The position numbers were made by a program, and so were the translations under genes. A stretch of 63,843 nt of DNA, the filler included. It is 4 parts of 4 records of this genome, joined end to end, with 100 filler letters (N's around TTAATTAATTAA, not from the genome) between each part and the next. Parts side by side here need not be neighbours in the genome. Positions count along the whole stretch, not along the records: positions 40,612 to 56,758 come from SRR20825019_2388; 3 more parts are not named here. The stretch is one strand, 5' to 3'. This document shows positions 44,724-54,928 of the stretch, piece after piece (the stretch's first letter is position 1; every line of letters begins with the position of its first letter). The notes beneath the pieces are model-generated. The model was not told the DNA's origin. It worked only from the letters and a program-made list of their open reading frames with translations, and did not search any database.

Positions 44724-45962
44724 ATGCCAGAAATTTTAAGAGTAAGGGGAACTAGAGATTTAGTTGGAATTGAATCAGAGATTTTTGATTATATTATAAA
44801 AATTTCGTCAGAAGTCGCTAACCTTCATTGTTATAAAAAACTATATACACCTATTATTGAAAAGAGTAATATTTTTGATAGAACATTAGGTGAGTCATCT
44901 GATATTGTAAGTAAAGAGTTATATAGTTTTTTAGATAAGGGAGGAAATGCGTTATCATTAAGACCTGAATTTACAGCAGGAATAGTAAGGGCTTTTATAA
45001 CTGGAGGGTGGTTAAAAGATTTACCATTAAAGTTTTTTTCATATGGACCTGTTTTTAGATATGATAGACCTCAATCAGGAAGGCAAAGGCAATTTCATCA
45101 ATTAAATTTTGAGTATTTAGGATCATCAGGTCCTTTTAAGGATGCAGAGCTTATAAAAACAGCTTATGATCTATGTGTAAAGCTTGAAATAGATAAATAT
45201 GTTACTCTTGAATTAAATTCTTTAGGTTGTGATGATTCAAGAAAAAATTATATTTCTAGTTTAAGAGAATATTATACTAAATATAAGAATGATTTATCAG
45301 AAGATAGTAAATTAAGGCTTTTAAAAAATCCAATGAGAATTCTTGATTCAAAGGATATAAAAGACAAAGAGATAAATCAAACTGCTCCCTTAATAAGTGA
45401 TTATTATACAAGGACTGCAAGGGAGTATTTTGAAAATTTAACAAATCATTTAACGGAATTTGGTATAAAATATAAGATAAATAAAAGTTTAGTTAGGGGA
45501 CTTGATTATTACTGTCATACTGCGTTTGAATTTGTTACTGATAAGCTTGGTTCTCAAAATGCAGTTTTAGCAGGAGGAAGATATGATAAATTATCTACTA
45601 TCATGGGTGGTCCAGATTTGAGTGCTGCAGGCTTTGCTGCTGGAATTGAAAGAATTATGTTAATGAGAGAATATAATATTAAGATTGAAAATAAAATATC
45701 TATATTACCTCTTGATTCAGAATTTATAAAACATTCAATAAATCTTTTAGAAATATTACATAAAAACAATATTAGTTCGATAATAGAACAGGGGCAAAAA
45801 ATAGATAAGCTTATTAAGAAATCATTAAAGCAGGGTGCTAATTACGTGATATTTATAGGTAAAAAAGAAAGGGATGCAAATAAATATACTTTAAAAAACT
45901 TAAAATCTGGACTAGAAATATTTTGCTCAATTGAAGAGCTTATAAAAAATCTTGATAATTAA
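44724..45962 (+). CDS. hisS: Histidine--tRNA ligase
   Basis: VRGTRD, LRPEFTA, FRYDRPQSGRQRQFHQ, LVRGLDYY, GGRYD and GFAAGIER. ATG 44724, just after the upstream stop, is preferred over TTG 44712. Confidence 0.97.
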   Translation: MPEILRVRGTRDLVGIESEIFDYIIKISSEVANLHCYKKLYTPIIEKSNIFDRTLGESSDIVSKELYSFLDKGGNALSLRPEFTAGIVRAFITGGWLKDLPLKFFSYGPVFRYDRPQSGRQRQFHQLNFEYLGSSGPFKDAELIKTAYDLCVKLEIDKYVTLELNSLGCDDSRKNYISSLREYYTKYKNDLSEDSKLRLLKNPMRILDSKDIKDKEINQTAPLISDYYTRTAREYFENLTNHLTEFGIKYKINKSLVRGLDYYCHTAFEFVTDKLGSQNAVLAGGRYDKLSTIMGGPDLSAAGFAAGIERIMLMREYNIKIENKISILPLDSEFIKHSINLLEILHKNNISSIIEQGQKIDKLIKKSLKQGANYVIFIGKKERDANKYTLKNLKSGLEIFCSIEELIKNLDN

Positions 45963-45990
45963 AATTTTATTCAAATTCTGCATATATTAA

Positions 45991-46065
45991 TGGAGCGGGT
46001 GATGGGATTCGAACCCACGACTTCGACCTTGGCAAGGTAGCGCTCTACCCCTGAGCTACACCCGC
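45991..46065 (-). tRNA. tRNA-Gly(GCC)
   Basis: Reverse complement GCGGGTGTAGCTCAGGGGTAGAGCGCTACCTTGCCAAGGTCGAAGTCGTGGGTTCGAATCCCATCACCCGCTCCA folds as a cloverleaf with anticodon GCC and encoded CCA. Confidence 0.97.
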
Positions 46066-46321
46066 AGAATTATCATGAGAATACATAAAATTTACTAAAA
46101 TTCAAGTTTCTATAAAAACTTACATTATTCAATGTATAATAATAAATATTTATTATCATTACACATAATATAATTTTAAATAATATGTAAATTAGATATT
46201 TTGCTTAAATAACATTCAAGAGTTAGATTTTAAAAAACTCTCAATAAACTGATTATTAAAATGCTTTTGAACTTATAGATGTTTGAACGTTAATATTAGA
46301 TATAGTTTTAAATAAATTGTT

Positions 46322-47689
46322 TTAAATATTATTATTTGTGAAAATTAGAATAACTGTTTTTAGCAATTTGTAATATACTTCTAAGTTTGGAATTTTCAGT
46401 TTGTCATCGATGATATTTAAGTATCCATTTTGTATTAATAAATATACAACTAGCTTTTCTCTTATATGAATATTGTTAATATTACCTATCAGGTTGTAAT
46501 TTTTTTCAGGTATATCAAAAACTGCTTCTTTGTCATGAAGCAGTTTGTTTAATTCCTCAATAAAACTTTTACACACACCCATTTCTTCAATATTTTTGAG
46601 TATATTAATTGTTTTAGAGTCAGCTATATAGCTCTCTTGTAGTATTGGTGTTTTTGCTTCTGATAATTTATTTATAAGCTTTACAACTGACCATATATTA
46701 TATTTATTAATTTTTTTATTGTGACTCTCTGGAACGCTATAGCCATTATACCATTCTTTAATATGTTTTAAAGTTTGTTCATAATCATTTTTACTGAGAT
46801 TCAATTTATTTAGTAAGAATCTAACTTCTTCATCAGATAATCCATAACTGTGACTAAATTTGTGACTTTGAATGCCATATACTTGTATATTATTTAAGCC
46901 TGAGCTACCATCTCTAATTATAAAATCAGTTACTCCTGTTAAAATAGTTTTATGAACATAATTATTACCTTTAGCGCATCTAGCAATCATACTAGTAATA
47001 AATTCAGCCACATGAATTTGATCATCAATCAAACCATTAAAGTTTTTAAGAGTTAAATAATAACTGCAAGGTTTATCATGTTCATCAATTAGTAACCATA
47101 CACGTTTATTAAAATATTTATACAGAAGTTCACACAAAAACGATATGCTGTCCTTTAATTCTTCTTCACTAATATTTCCTTCTATAATGTTATCAAATTG
47201 TTTTTTTATTGAAACGCTAAATATAGAACTATTTCTCAAATAGTAATATTCTCTGAAAATTTTTTTTATTTGTATTTTGATTGATTCTATAGATTCATGT
47301 TTGTTATTGCCTATGCATTCTTTTAAATTCAAAAGAATAACAGGATATTTACCTTGTTTATTCATATATCTACCGTTATCCACTTTAGATATATTTAAAG
47401 GTAGTAAATTTTTGTACTCTTCTTCTTCTATAAGTACCTCTCCTCCAGTAAATAATGCTTTGTTTGTATTATTTTCAAGTTTATTTCCTTTACTATCAAC
47501 TTCAATAGATAGAAATCTTTTAAGCATATCAAAATTCATGCTTTTTCCCCATCTTCTTGGTCTAGTAATGAGAACTGCAGCTTCTGGGTTATCTATAATT
47601 TCTTTTATAAAAAGGCTTTTATCAATAAAAGCATCACTATAAACAACAAGCTTATAAAAATCATCAGTTCTAGTATTTATTTTAATCAT
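46322..47689 (-). CDS. AAA-ATPase-like protein (PF09820-type), no C-terminal nuclease domain
   Basis: FIDKSLFIKE, Walker A ITRPRRWGKS, LLIDEHDKP, ILTGV, SGLNN, WYNGY, YN.WSV and IPNLEV. Confidence 0.85.
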   Translation of the reverse strand: MIKINTRTDDFYKLVVYSDAFIDKSLFIKEIIDNPEAAVLITRPRRWGKSMNFDMLKRFLSIEVDSKGNKLENNTNKALFTGGEVLIEEEEYKNLLPLNISKVDNGRYMNKQGKYPVILLNLKECIGNNKHESIESIKIQIKKIFREYYYLRNSSIFSVSIKKQFDNIIEGNISEEELKDSISFLCELLYKYFNKRVWLLIDEHDKPCSYYLTLKNFNGLIDDQIHVAEFITSMIARCAKGNNYVHKTILTGVTDFIIRDGSSGLNNIQVYGIQSHKFSHSYGLSDEEVRFLLNKLNLSKNDYEQTLKHIKEWYNGYSVPESHNKKINKYNIWSVVKLINKLSEAKTPILQESYIADSKTINILKNIEEMGVCKSFIEELNKLLHDKEAVFDIPEKNYNLIGNINNIHIREKLVVYLLIQNGYLNIIDDKLKIPNLEVYYKLLKTVILIFTNNNI

Positions 47690-48117
47690 AATTTATTTTA
47701 TCTATATTTATAAATAGTTTAGTTATATATAATATTTACAATATTATAAGCAAATAATACAAATTTATATATTATATATATATATGTGTGTTAAATGTTT
47801 AATGTATATTAATTATTTAATTATGTTTTAATGTAGAATTTATTAGCTACTTAATATTGTTTAAATGATATTAATTAGTATCATTAAAGCTTAATATTTA
47901 TATTAAGCTTGAAGCCTTGAGATAATTATGATAGTAAGTGCCAGTCATTTTTTGTAAATAAATAATTTCATAAATAGATACTTAATGTTTTTATAAAAAT
48001 ATTGATATTAGGTATATGTTTAGATTGTATGAAACAATAATTTTGTTACTTGAAGTTTAATATAATTAATGCAAATTAGTATAATATTTTTAATAAAACT
48101 TAATTAAAATAATAATA

Positions 48118-49644
48118 GTGTTTAGTTTAATTTCAAAATTAAAAAATAGCAGTTTTAGGAAAGTTTTTTTGCCTATTAGGTATAATGAGCTATATAAGTT
48201 TTTGCCTATGTCATTACTATTATTTATTATTTTATTAAATCAAAATATAGTAAGAGGCATTAAAGATAGTCTAGTAATTACTCATTTAGGGCCTGAAGTA
48301 ATTAATTTTATAAAATTATGGATAGAGATGCCAACTGGCCTTATATTTGTGATATTATATTCAAAACTTTGTAATTATTTTGGTACTGAAAAAAGCTTTA
48401 GAATAGTTGTTTTGAGTTTTTTAATATTTTTTGCAATTTTTGGATTTATTATTCTACCATATCAGTCTTATTTACATCCAGACATGCTGATTGCTAAGAG
48501 CTATATGGAATATTATCCGAATATAAAATGGTTTATATTGATTTTTGCAAATTGGAGTTATGTTATTTTTTATGTACTTGGAGAGTTATGGCCTATTATA
48601 GTATTTGGTTTATTATATTGGCAGCTAGCTAATAAGATTACAAATACAGAGGAAGCCCAAAGATATTATACTATGTTTGGATTTTTTGGTCATAGTAATT
48701 TACTGTTCTCTGGTGTATTTATGGCTTATATATCAACAAGAGAGCATTTTCTATCTAGCTATTTTAATAGATTTAATCATGAAATAAATACTATACAAGT
48801 ATTAATTTTTACAGTTTTATTATTAGGGATATTAATTTTAATACTTCATAAATTTATAGATAATATAATCATAAAATCTATGAAACAGAAAAAAAATGAT
48901 AAAGAATTAGGTAAATTGAAGCTTGGTTTTATTGATAGTATAAAAATGGTTTTAAGTTCTAAATATTTATTATTTATTTGTATTATACTTATTATGTATT
49001 CAACTTCAGTAAATTTAATTGAAGGTATTTGGTATTCTAAGGTAAGAGAATATCATAAAAGTTCTGAATCTTTTATGCTTTATCAGGGTAGAGTACTTTT
49101 TTACACAGGTCTTTTTACAATGCTTATATCTTTTTTAGGAAGTGCAATTATTAGAAAATTAGGATGGAAGTTTAGTGCTCTTTTATCACCTCTTGTACTT
49201 ATGATTGCTGGAATTACTTTCTTTTTACTAGTAATATTTGAAAATTACATAAATCTTAATTTATTATTTATTGTTAAATATTTAGGTTTTATAACTACAT
49301 TAAAGCTTATTGTTTATGTAGGAGGGGTTCAGAATGTTATAGGTAAAGGCGTGAAATATTCTTTATTTGATGTTACTAAAGAGATGTTATATATACCGCT
49401 AGATGATGAGAAAAAAACTAAAGGAAAGGCCGCTGTAGATATTGTCGGTCCTAAAATTGGAAAATCTTTGGGAGCATTCGTACAATTTTTAACATTTACT
49501 ATTTTTCCAGGTGCTAGTTATAAGGATATAACTGGATTTTTAGCTATTTTATTTATTATAGTATGTTTAACTTGGATTTATAGCGTTTCTAGATTAAGTG
49601 TATTTTATAATCAATTACGCATGCAAGAAAGTAAGTCATTATAA
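48118..49644 (+). CDS. tlc: Npt1/Npt2 (Tlc) family nucleotide translocase
   Basis: KFLPM, R.IKDSLV, KLW..MP, LGELW, WQLANKIT..EEAQRYY, NLIEG.W, KG.KYSLFD.TKEMLYIPLD and KGKAAVD..G.KIGKS.GA. GTG start. Confidence 0.93.
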   Translation: MFSLISKLKNSSFRKVFLPIRYNELYKFLPMSLLLFIILLNQNIVRGIKDSLVITHLGPEVINFIKLWIEMPTGLIFVILYSKLCNYFGTEKSFRIVVLSFLIFFAIFGFIILPYQSYLHPDMLIAKSYMEYYPNIKWFILIFANWSYVIFYVLGELWPIIVFGLLYWQLANKITNTEEAQRYYTMFGFFGHSNLLFSGVFMAYISTREHFLSSYFNRFNHEINTIQVLIFTVLLLGILILILHKFIDNIIIKSMKQKKNDKELGKLKLGFIDSIKMVLSSKYLLFICIILIMYSTSVNLIEGIWYSKVREYHKSSESFMLYQGRVLFYTGLFTMLISFLGSAIIRKLGWKFSALLSPLVLMIAGITFFLLVIFENYINLNLLFIVKYLGFITTLKLIVYVGGVQNVIGKGVKYSLFDVTKEMLYIPLDDEKKTKGKAAVDIVGPKIGKSLGAFVQFLTFTIFPGASYKDITGFLAILFIIVCLTWIYSVSRLSVFYNQLRMQESKSL

Positions 49645-49651
49645 GATTAAT

Positions 49652-51109
49652 ATGAATTCAAATTATTTAATTTCAATTATATATGGTGATGGTATTGGTC
49701 CAGAAATTATGGATTCAGTGTTAAGCATTTTTAAAGAATCTGAAGTTCCTATTACTTTGCAATCAATTCCAGCAGGCCTTGAGATGTATAGAAGAAATCA
49801 TAATGCTGGTATTAGTGATGAGTCAATGCATAATATAAAAAATAGTAAAGCATTGCTTAAAGCTCCAATCACTACACCTCTTGGAATGGGGTATAGTAGT
49901 ATAAATGTAAAATTAAGAAAGAATTTAGGGCTATATGCAAATATTAGGCCGGTTAAGTCATATTTTCCATATATTGATAGTAAATTTTCAAATGTGAATT
50001 TAACTATTATAAGAGAAAATGAAGAAGATTTATATTCAGGAATTGAATATAGAAATACTCAAAAAGAAATGCAAGCAGTAAAGTTAATATCTGAAGGATG
50101 CTCTAAAAGAATTATTAATTATGCTTTTGAATATGCAAAAGAATCATTAAGTTCAAAAGTTGCATGTTTTGCAAAAGACAATATCATGAAGTTAACTGAT
50201 GGGATGTTTCATAATATATTTAATAAAGCTTCTTTAAATTATAAAGATATAGAATCAAGTTATTATTTAGTTGATATTGGAAGCGCAAAGCTTGCATCAA
50301 ACCCTGGGCTTTTTGAAGTTATTGTTACAACTAATCTATATGGTGATATAATATCAGATATTGCTGCAGAGATTTCTGGATCTATTGGGCTTGCAGGAAG
50401 CTCAAATATTGGAAGTGATTTTGCAATGTTTGAAGCTGTTCATGGAAGTGCTCCAGATATTAAAGATCAAGATATAGCAAATCCATCAGGATTAATTAAC
50501 GCTTCAATCATGATGCTAAATCATTTAGGGCTCAGTAAATATGCAGAAATAATAGATAATGCATTAAGAGTTACTATTGAAGATGGATATCATACAAAAG
50601 ATATATCATCAAAAAACTATACTAATAAAATAGTAGGTACTAAAGAATTTACTAAAGAAATAATAAAAAGACTTGGTCAAAAACCTAAAAAATTAAAATC
50701 ATGCAAAGTATTTGATACAAAAAATATACCAAGTAAAGTAAATCAAATCATTCAAAAACAAGAAATTAATTCTGTTAAAAAAAGTTTATTTGGAGCTGAT
50801 ATTTATTTTGATATAAATAAAGTTCATTTTAAAGAATTTATAAGTAAAATTTCAAAATTATCACAAAATCACAACGATCTTAAACTTGAATGTGCTATTT
50901 CAAGAGGTTTATTATTATGGAAGCCTGAATATAAAAAAATAATAGACACAGATTCAGACTCTATAATAATTAGATATAATTTTAATAAAATATTTTCAAA
51001 AAATATAATATTAAAATTATTAAAAGATTTTGAGATTGAAAATATAGATTATGTAAAAATTCAATTTTTGTATCAATACTCAAATGATAAAGGGTATTTT
51101 ACTCCTTGA
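49652..51109 (+). CDS. icd: Isocitrate dehydrogenase (NADP), long alphaproteobacterial/Rickettsia type
   Basis: GDGIGPEI, LKAPITTP.G.GY.S.NV, IRENEEDLY, KDNIMK.TDG and NLYGDI.SD...FEAVHGSAPDI, plus a C-terminal extension. ATG 49652 preferred. Confidence 0.93.
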   Translation: MNSNYLISIIYGDGIGPEIMDSVLSIFKESEVPITLQSIPAGLEMYRRNHNAGISDESMHNIKNSKALLKAPITTPLGMGYSSINVKLRKNLGLYANIRPVKSYFPYIDSKFSNVNLTIIRENEEDLYSGIEYRNTQKEMQAVKLISEGCSKRIINYAFEYAKESLSSKVACFAKDNIMKLTDGMFHNIFNKASLNYKDIESSYYLVDIGSAKLASNPGLFEVIVTTNLYGDIISDIAAEISGSIGLAGSSNIGSDFAMFEAVHGSAPDIKDQDIANPSGLINASIMMLNHLGLSKYAEIIDNALRVTIEDGYHTKDISSKNYTNKIVGTKEFTKEIIKRLGQKPKKLKSCKVFDTKNIPSKVNQIIQKQEINSVKKSLFGADIYFDINKVHFKEFISKISKLSQNHNDLKLECAISRGLLLWKPEYKKIIDTDSDSIIIRYNFNKIFSKNIILKLLKDFEIENIDYVKIQFLYQYSNDKGYFTP

Positions 51110-51211
51110 TAATAATTTTTGAGTCTAAATTATGCTAAATATAGCATTGTTAAAAAAAAGGTGACAAGACGTTAAAAATCTCTAGAATGCAGGGTTTAAA
51201 ATAAAAAATTT

Positions 51212-52525
51212 ATGAATAAGAATATTTTTTATATTTCAGGCGGTAAAGAATTATCTGGCTCTATTCAAGTAAGTGGAGCTAAAAATGCAGCTTTACCTAT
51301 AATGATAGCATCAATAATGACAGAAGGTGAAATATTTCTTAGAAATATTCCATTACTTTCAGATACTAAAAATACTATAAAGCTATTAAAATCATTAGGA
51401 AGTGAAGTTAATATTGAAAGCCTAAATTATAAAAATTTTAATCAAGAAATTAATATTAAACCATCTATTAACAATAAATGTGTTATTACTAATGAGATTG
51501 CAAACAAGATGAGAGCTTCAATTTGGGCCTTAGGTCCTTGTCTTGCAAGATTTGGATATATAAAATTATCTCTTCCTGGTGGATGTAAACTAGGAGCTCG
51601 TAAAATTGATATGCATTTAAAAGCACTTGAAAAAATGGGTGCTTTTATTAGTCTTGAGGATGAATATTTAATTGCAAAGTCTAATTCAAAATTAAAAGCT
51701 ATAAAACACAGATTTCCTTTAATTTCTGTTGGAGCTACTATTAATATTATTATGGCTGCTTGTTTAGCAGAAGGCACTACTATTTTATCTAATTGTGCAA
51801 TTGAGCCTGAAATAATTGATTTATGTAATTTTTTAGTAAGTATGGGCGCTAAAATTAATTGGACTCAGAATAGAGAGGTTACAATTGAAGGTGTAAAAAA
51901 TCTTACTAGTTCTAATTATAATATATTACCAGACAGGATAGAGGCAATATCTTATATAGTAGCTGCTGCTATGACTAGAAGTGAATTATCTATAGAAGGA
52001 ATAAATAGAAATATAATAGATAATATGTTTAGTATCTTAAAGGAGGCCTCGATAGATTTTGTACCAATGGATGATAAAATTATTGTTAAAAAGAGTTATG
52101 TAAAGATTAAGGCAGGAAGGCTTTCAACAATGCCATATCCAGGTCCTGCAACAGACATTCAAGCTCAATTTACTGCTTTATATTCAATAGCAGATGGTAA
52201 ATCTATAATAGAAGAAAATATTTTTGAGAATCGTTTTATGCATGTTGAAGAATTAAATAAAATGGGTGCTGATATTTCAGTTTCTGGAAATACTGCATAT
52301 ATTAACGGAGTCAAATCCTTAAAGGGAGCTTCTCTTAGGGCTGCTGATCTTAGAGGTTCTGTAAGTTTAGTGCTTGCAGCACTTTCAGCTAAAGGTGAGA
52401 GTATTATTAAAGATATATGGCATATTGATAGGGGTTATGCAAATATTGAAACTAAGCTCAAAAATTGCGGAGCTGATATTGAAAGAATAGAAGACGAAAA
52501 ATTATTTAATGGTAATGTTGCTTAA
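51212..52525 (+). CDS. murA: UDP-N-acetylglucosamine 1-carboxyvinyltransferase
   Basis: SGAKNAALP, MRASI, catalytic LPGGCKLGAR.ID.H, SVGAT.N, PDRIEA, FENRFMH, DLRG and HIDRGY. Confidence 0.97.
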   Translation: MNKNIFYISGGKELSGSIQVSGAKNAALPIMIASIMTEGEIFLRNIPLLSDTKNTIKLLKSLGSEVNIESLNYKNFNQEINIKPSINNKCVITNEIANKMRASIWALGPCLARFGYIKLSLPGGCKLGARKIDMHLKALEKMGAFISLEDEYLIAKSNSKLKAIKHRFPLISVGATINIIMAACLAEGTTILSNCAIEPEIIDLCNFLVSMGAKINWTQNREVTIEGVKNLTSSNYNILPDRIEAISYIVAAAMTRSELSIEGINRNIIDNMFSILKEASIDFVPMDDKIIVKKSYVKIKAGRLSTMPYPGPATDIQAQFTALYSIADGKSIIEENIFENRFMHVEELNKMGADISVSGNTAYINGVKSLKGASLRAADLRGSVSLVLAALSAKGESIIKDIWHIDRGYANIETKLKNCGADIERIEDEKLFNGNVA

Positions 52526-52546
52526 GGCAATAATTTATATTAGAAT
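52518..52546 (+). promoter_or_regulatory. Putative sigma70 promoter for ftsZ overlapping the murA stop
   Basis: TTGCTT-17 nt-TAGAAT. Confidence 0.4.
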
Positions 52547-52601
52547 CTATATTAATAAATTATATAATTAATTAAATTAAAATTAGCTAGAATTTTACAA
52601 A

Positions 52602-53954
52602 ATGGCAATAAATATTAAAGCACCAAAAAATGTTATGCTTCAACCTAAAATTGTTGTATTTGGAGTGGGAGGTGCTGGAGGAAATGCAATAAATAATATG
52701 ATAAAGTCAAAGCTTCAAGGGGCAATTTTTGTAGCTGCAAATACTGATGCTCAGGCTCTTGAGCATTCAGAAGCAGATAGTAAAATTCAGCTTGGAGCTA
52801 CTTTAACTCAAGGATTAGGAGCTGGAGCTTCTCCTGAGCTTGGTATGAATGCAGCAGAAGAATCAGCTCATGAGATAAGATCATATTTAGAATCTAGTAA
52901 TATGGTATTTATAACAGCTGGTATGGGAGGGGGAACTGGAACTGGTGCTTCTCCTGTTGTTGCAAGGCTTGCTAAAGAGCTTGATATCTTAACAGTTGGA
53001 GTTGTAACTAAGCCATTTGCTTTTGAGGGATCAAACAGAATGAGAACAGCGGAACAAGGTCTTTTAGAGCTTCAAAAATATATTGATACATTAATAGTTA
53101 TACCTAATCAGAATTTATTTAGGATAGCAAATGAAAAAACAACATTTGCAGATGCATTTAAAATGGCAGATGATGTTTTATCTTCTGGAGTAAGGGGAGT
53201 TACTGATTTAATGGTAATGCCTGGTCTTATAAATTTAGATTATGCTGATATAAAATCTGTAATGAGTTCAATGGGTCAAGCAATGATGGGTACAGGCGAG
53301 GCTACTGGTGAAGATAGAGCTATTAAGGCTGCTGAAGCTGCTATTACTAATCCATTAATAGATAATTGTTCTATGCAAGGAGCTCAAGGTGTACTTATTA
53401 ATATTACAGGAGGTAATGATATTACATTATTTGAAGTTGATGCTGCAGCTAATAAAATTAGAGATGAAGTAAATAATCCTTCTGCTAATTTAATATTTGG
53501 ATCAACTTCTGATCCAAATATGGAGGGATCAATAAGAGTATCAGTTGTAGCAACAGGTATAGATAAACCAGAAAATATCTATAGAAAATCTCCAGCAAAT
53601 ACACAATTTCCTCTGCCTGGCACTAATAATAGAGTAAATAGTAATATTCACAGTCAAACAAGGGTAGATATCTCATCTAGATATAATCTAGCTAGTAAAG
53701 ATAATATAACTAGAAGCAGGATTGCTGGAAATAATTTTAATCAAAATACTTCAAGTATCAAAAATGATATAAATGATATTAATTTAAAAGATAATAATAA
53801 AAATGATTATAATCAAAATATTAGTATGACTAATGTTCCTAAAGATAATAATGATGATAAAATAATTAAGGAACAGTTAAAAACTAGAAGTGAGGTAGAT
53901 CATGATCATAAAGGTGATATTTATGAAATACCTGTTTTTTTAAGAAATAGATAA
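52602..53954 (+). CDS. ftsZ: Cell division protein FtsZ
   Basis: [38 protein letters not shown], Asn-rich linker and C-terminal peptide EIPVFLR. Confidence 0.98.
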   Translation: MAINIKAPKNVMLQPKIVVFGVGGAGGNAINNMIKSKLQGAIFVAANTDAQALEHSEADSKIQLGATLTQGLGAGASPELGMNAAEESAHEIRSYLESSNMVFITAGMGGGTGTGASPVVARLAKELDILTVGVVTKPFAFEGSNRMRTAEQGLLELQKYIDTLIVIPNQNLFRIANEKTTFADAFKMADDVLSSGVRGVTDLMVMPGLINLDYADIKSVMSSMGQAMMGTGEATGEDRAIKAAEAAITNPLIDNCSMQGAQGVLINITGGNDITLFEVDAAANKIRDEVNNPSANLIFGSTSDPNMEGSIRVSVVATGIDKPENIYRKSPANTQFPLPGTNNRVNSNIHSQTRVDISSRYNLASKDNITRSRIAGNNFNQNTSSIKNDINDINLKDNNKNDYNQNISMTNVPKDNNDDKIIKEQLKTRSEVDHDHKGDIYEIPVFLRNR

Positions 53955-54149
53955 ATGATTCTAGTAAATATTTAATTTTGTAAATAATTAACTAAGTAAC
54001 TTATTAATATATTTAAAACTAAATAATTAGGTGCATGAAGATAGGAATAATCATATTATTTCAATAAATATAGGATAATATTTAAATATAATTAAGATTT
54101 CTTATATAATAATTGATAAAAATAAATTAATAAAATTTAATATAAAAAA

Positions 54150-54776
54150 ATGAATAAAATAAATAGTATAAATAATATAAATTTTTTTAGAAAAATAGCT
54201 TGTATAAGGATTATTCAAGTTATTTTATTATGCATGATAACTTCAAGTTGTATTCCTGCTATTTTTGTTGCAGGTACTGGAGCTATTGCATCTAGTGCCT
54301 CAAAAGGAGGTGTGAAAACTTACGTAAGAGATTCTTTAATACATGTAACGATTTCTAAAGACTTTATGAAAAAAGGATTTAGGGAGGTTTATGTAAGGAT
54401 AAAAATGGAAGTATTTAATGGAAAAGTGTTATTAATAGGTAGTTTGGATGATGAGAAAACTATAAATTCTATTATAGATATAGTTAGATCTAATAAGTCT
54501 GTGATACAAGTATTAAATGAGTTAACAGTTGATAAATCTGGCTCAAAATTTAGTGCTGAGGAATATTCAAGAGATACATTTATTACTAGTTTAATCAAAT
54601 CAAAATTATTAAAAGACCAGGATATAATATATATTAGATATACAGTTATTACTGATAAAGGAGTTGTTTATTTAATTGGAAAAACTGATAGTGAAGAGGA
54701 GCTTAATAAAGTAGCTAAAATTTCTTCATCTATTAAGGGAGTAAAAAAAGTTATAAGTTATGTTGAGATATACTAA
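54150..54776 (+). CDS. Two-BON-domain lipoprotein (OsmY/DolP-like)
   Basis: Lipobox-like ITSSC, GKVLLIG...V.NEL and D..IT..IK.KL...GVVYLIG...GVKKV. Confidence 0.8.
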   Translation: MNKINSINNINFFRKIACIRIIQVILLCMITSSCIPAIFVAGTGAIASSASKGGVKTYVRDSLIHVTISKDFMKKGFREVYVRIKMEVFNGKVLLIGSLDDEKTINSIIDIVRSNKSVIQVLNELTVDKSGSKFSAEEYSRDTFITSLIKSKLLKDQDIIYIRYTVITDKGVVYLIGKTDSEEELNKVAKISSSIKGVKKVISYVEIY

Positions 54777-54835
54777 TTTAATATAAAATCTTTAATAAAT
54801 ATAAATTAATTTATTAAATATATTATATATTCAAT

Positions 54836-54863
54836 CTTGATAAATCATAACATCATCATATAT
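54836..54863 (+). promoter_or_regulatory. Putative RpoH (sigma32) promoter of clpB
   Basis: CTTG-17 nt-CATATAT, close to the alphaproteobacterial heat-shock consensus CTTG-N17/18-CYTATNT. SD GGAGGT at 54921-54926. Confidence 0.55.
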
Positions 54864-54928
54864 CAATATTATAATTATAATTTAAAAATAATAATAAAAA
54901 ATAATAATATAGATATAGAGGGAGGTAA

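Noticed and set aside
45991-47689. tRNA-anchored genomic island
   Set aside because: The AAA gene lies 5' of the tRNA, and no integrase or duplicated tRNA 3' end is visible.
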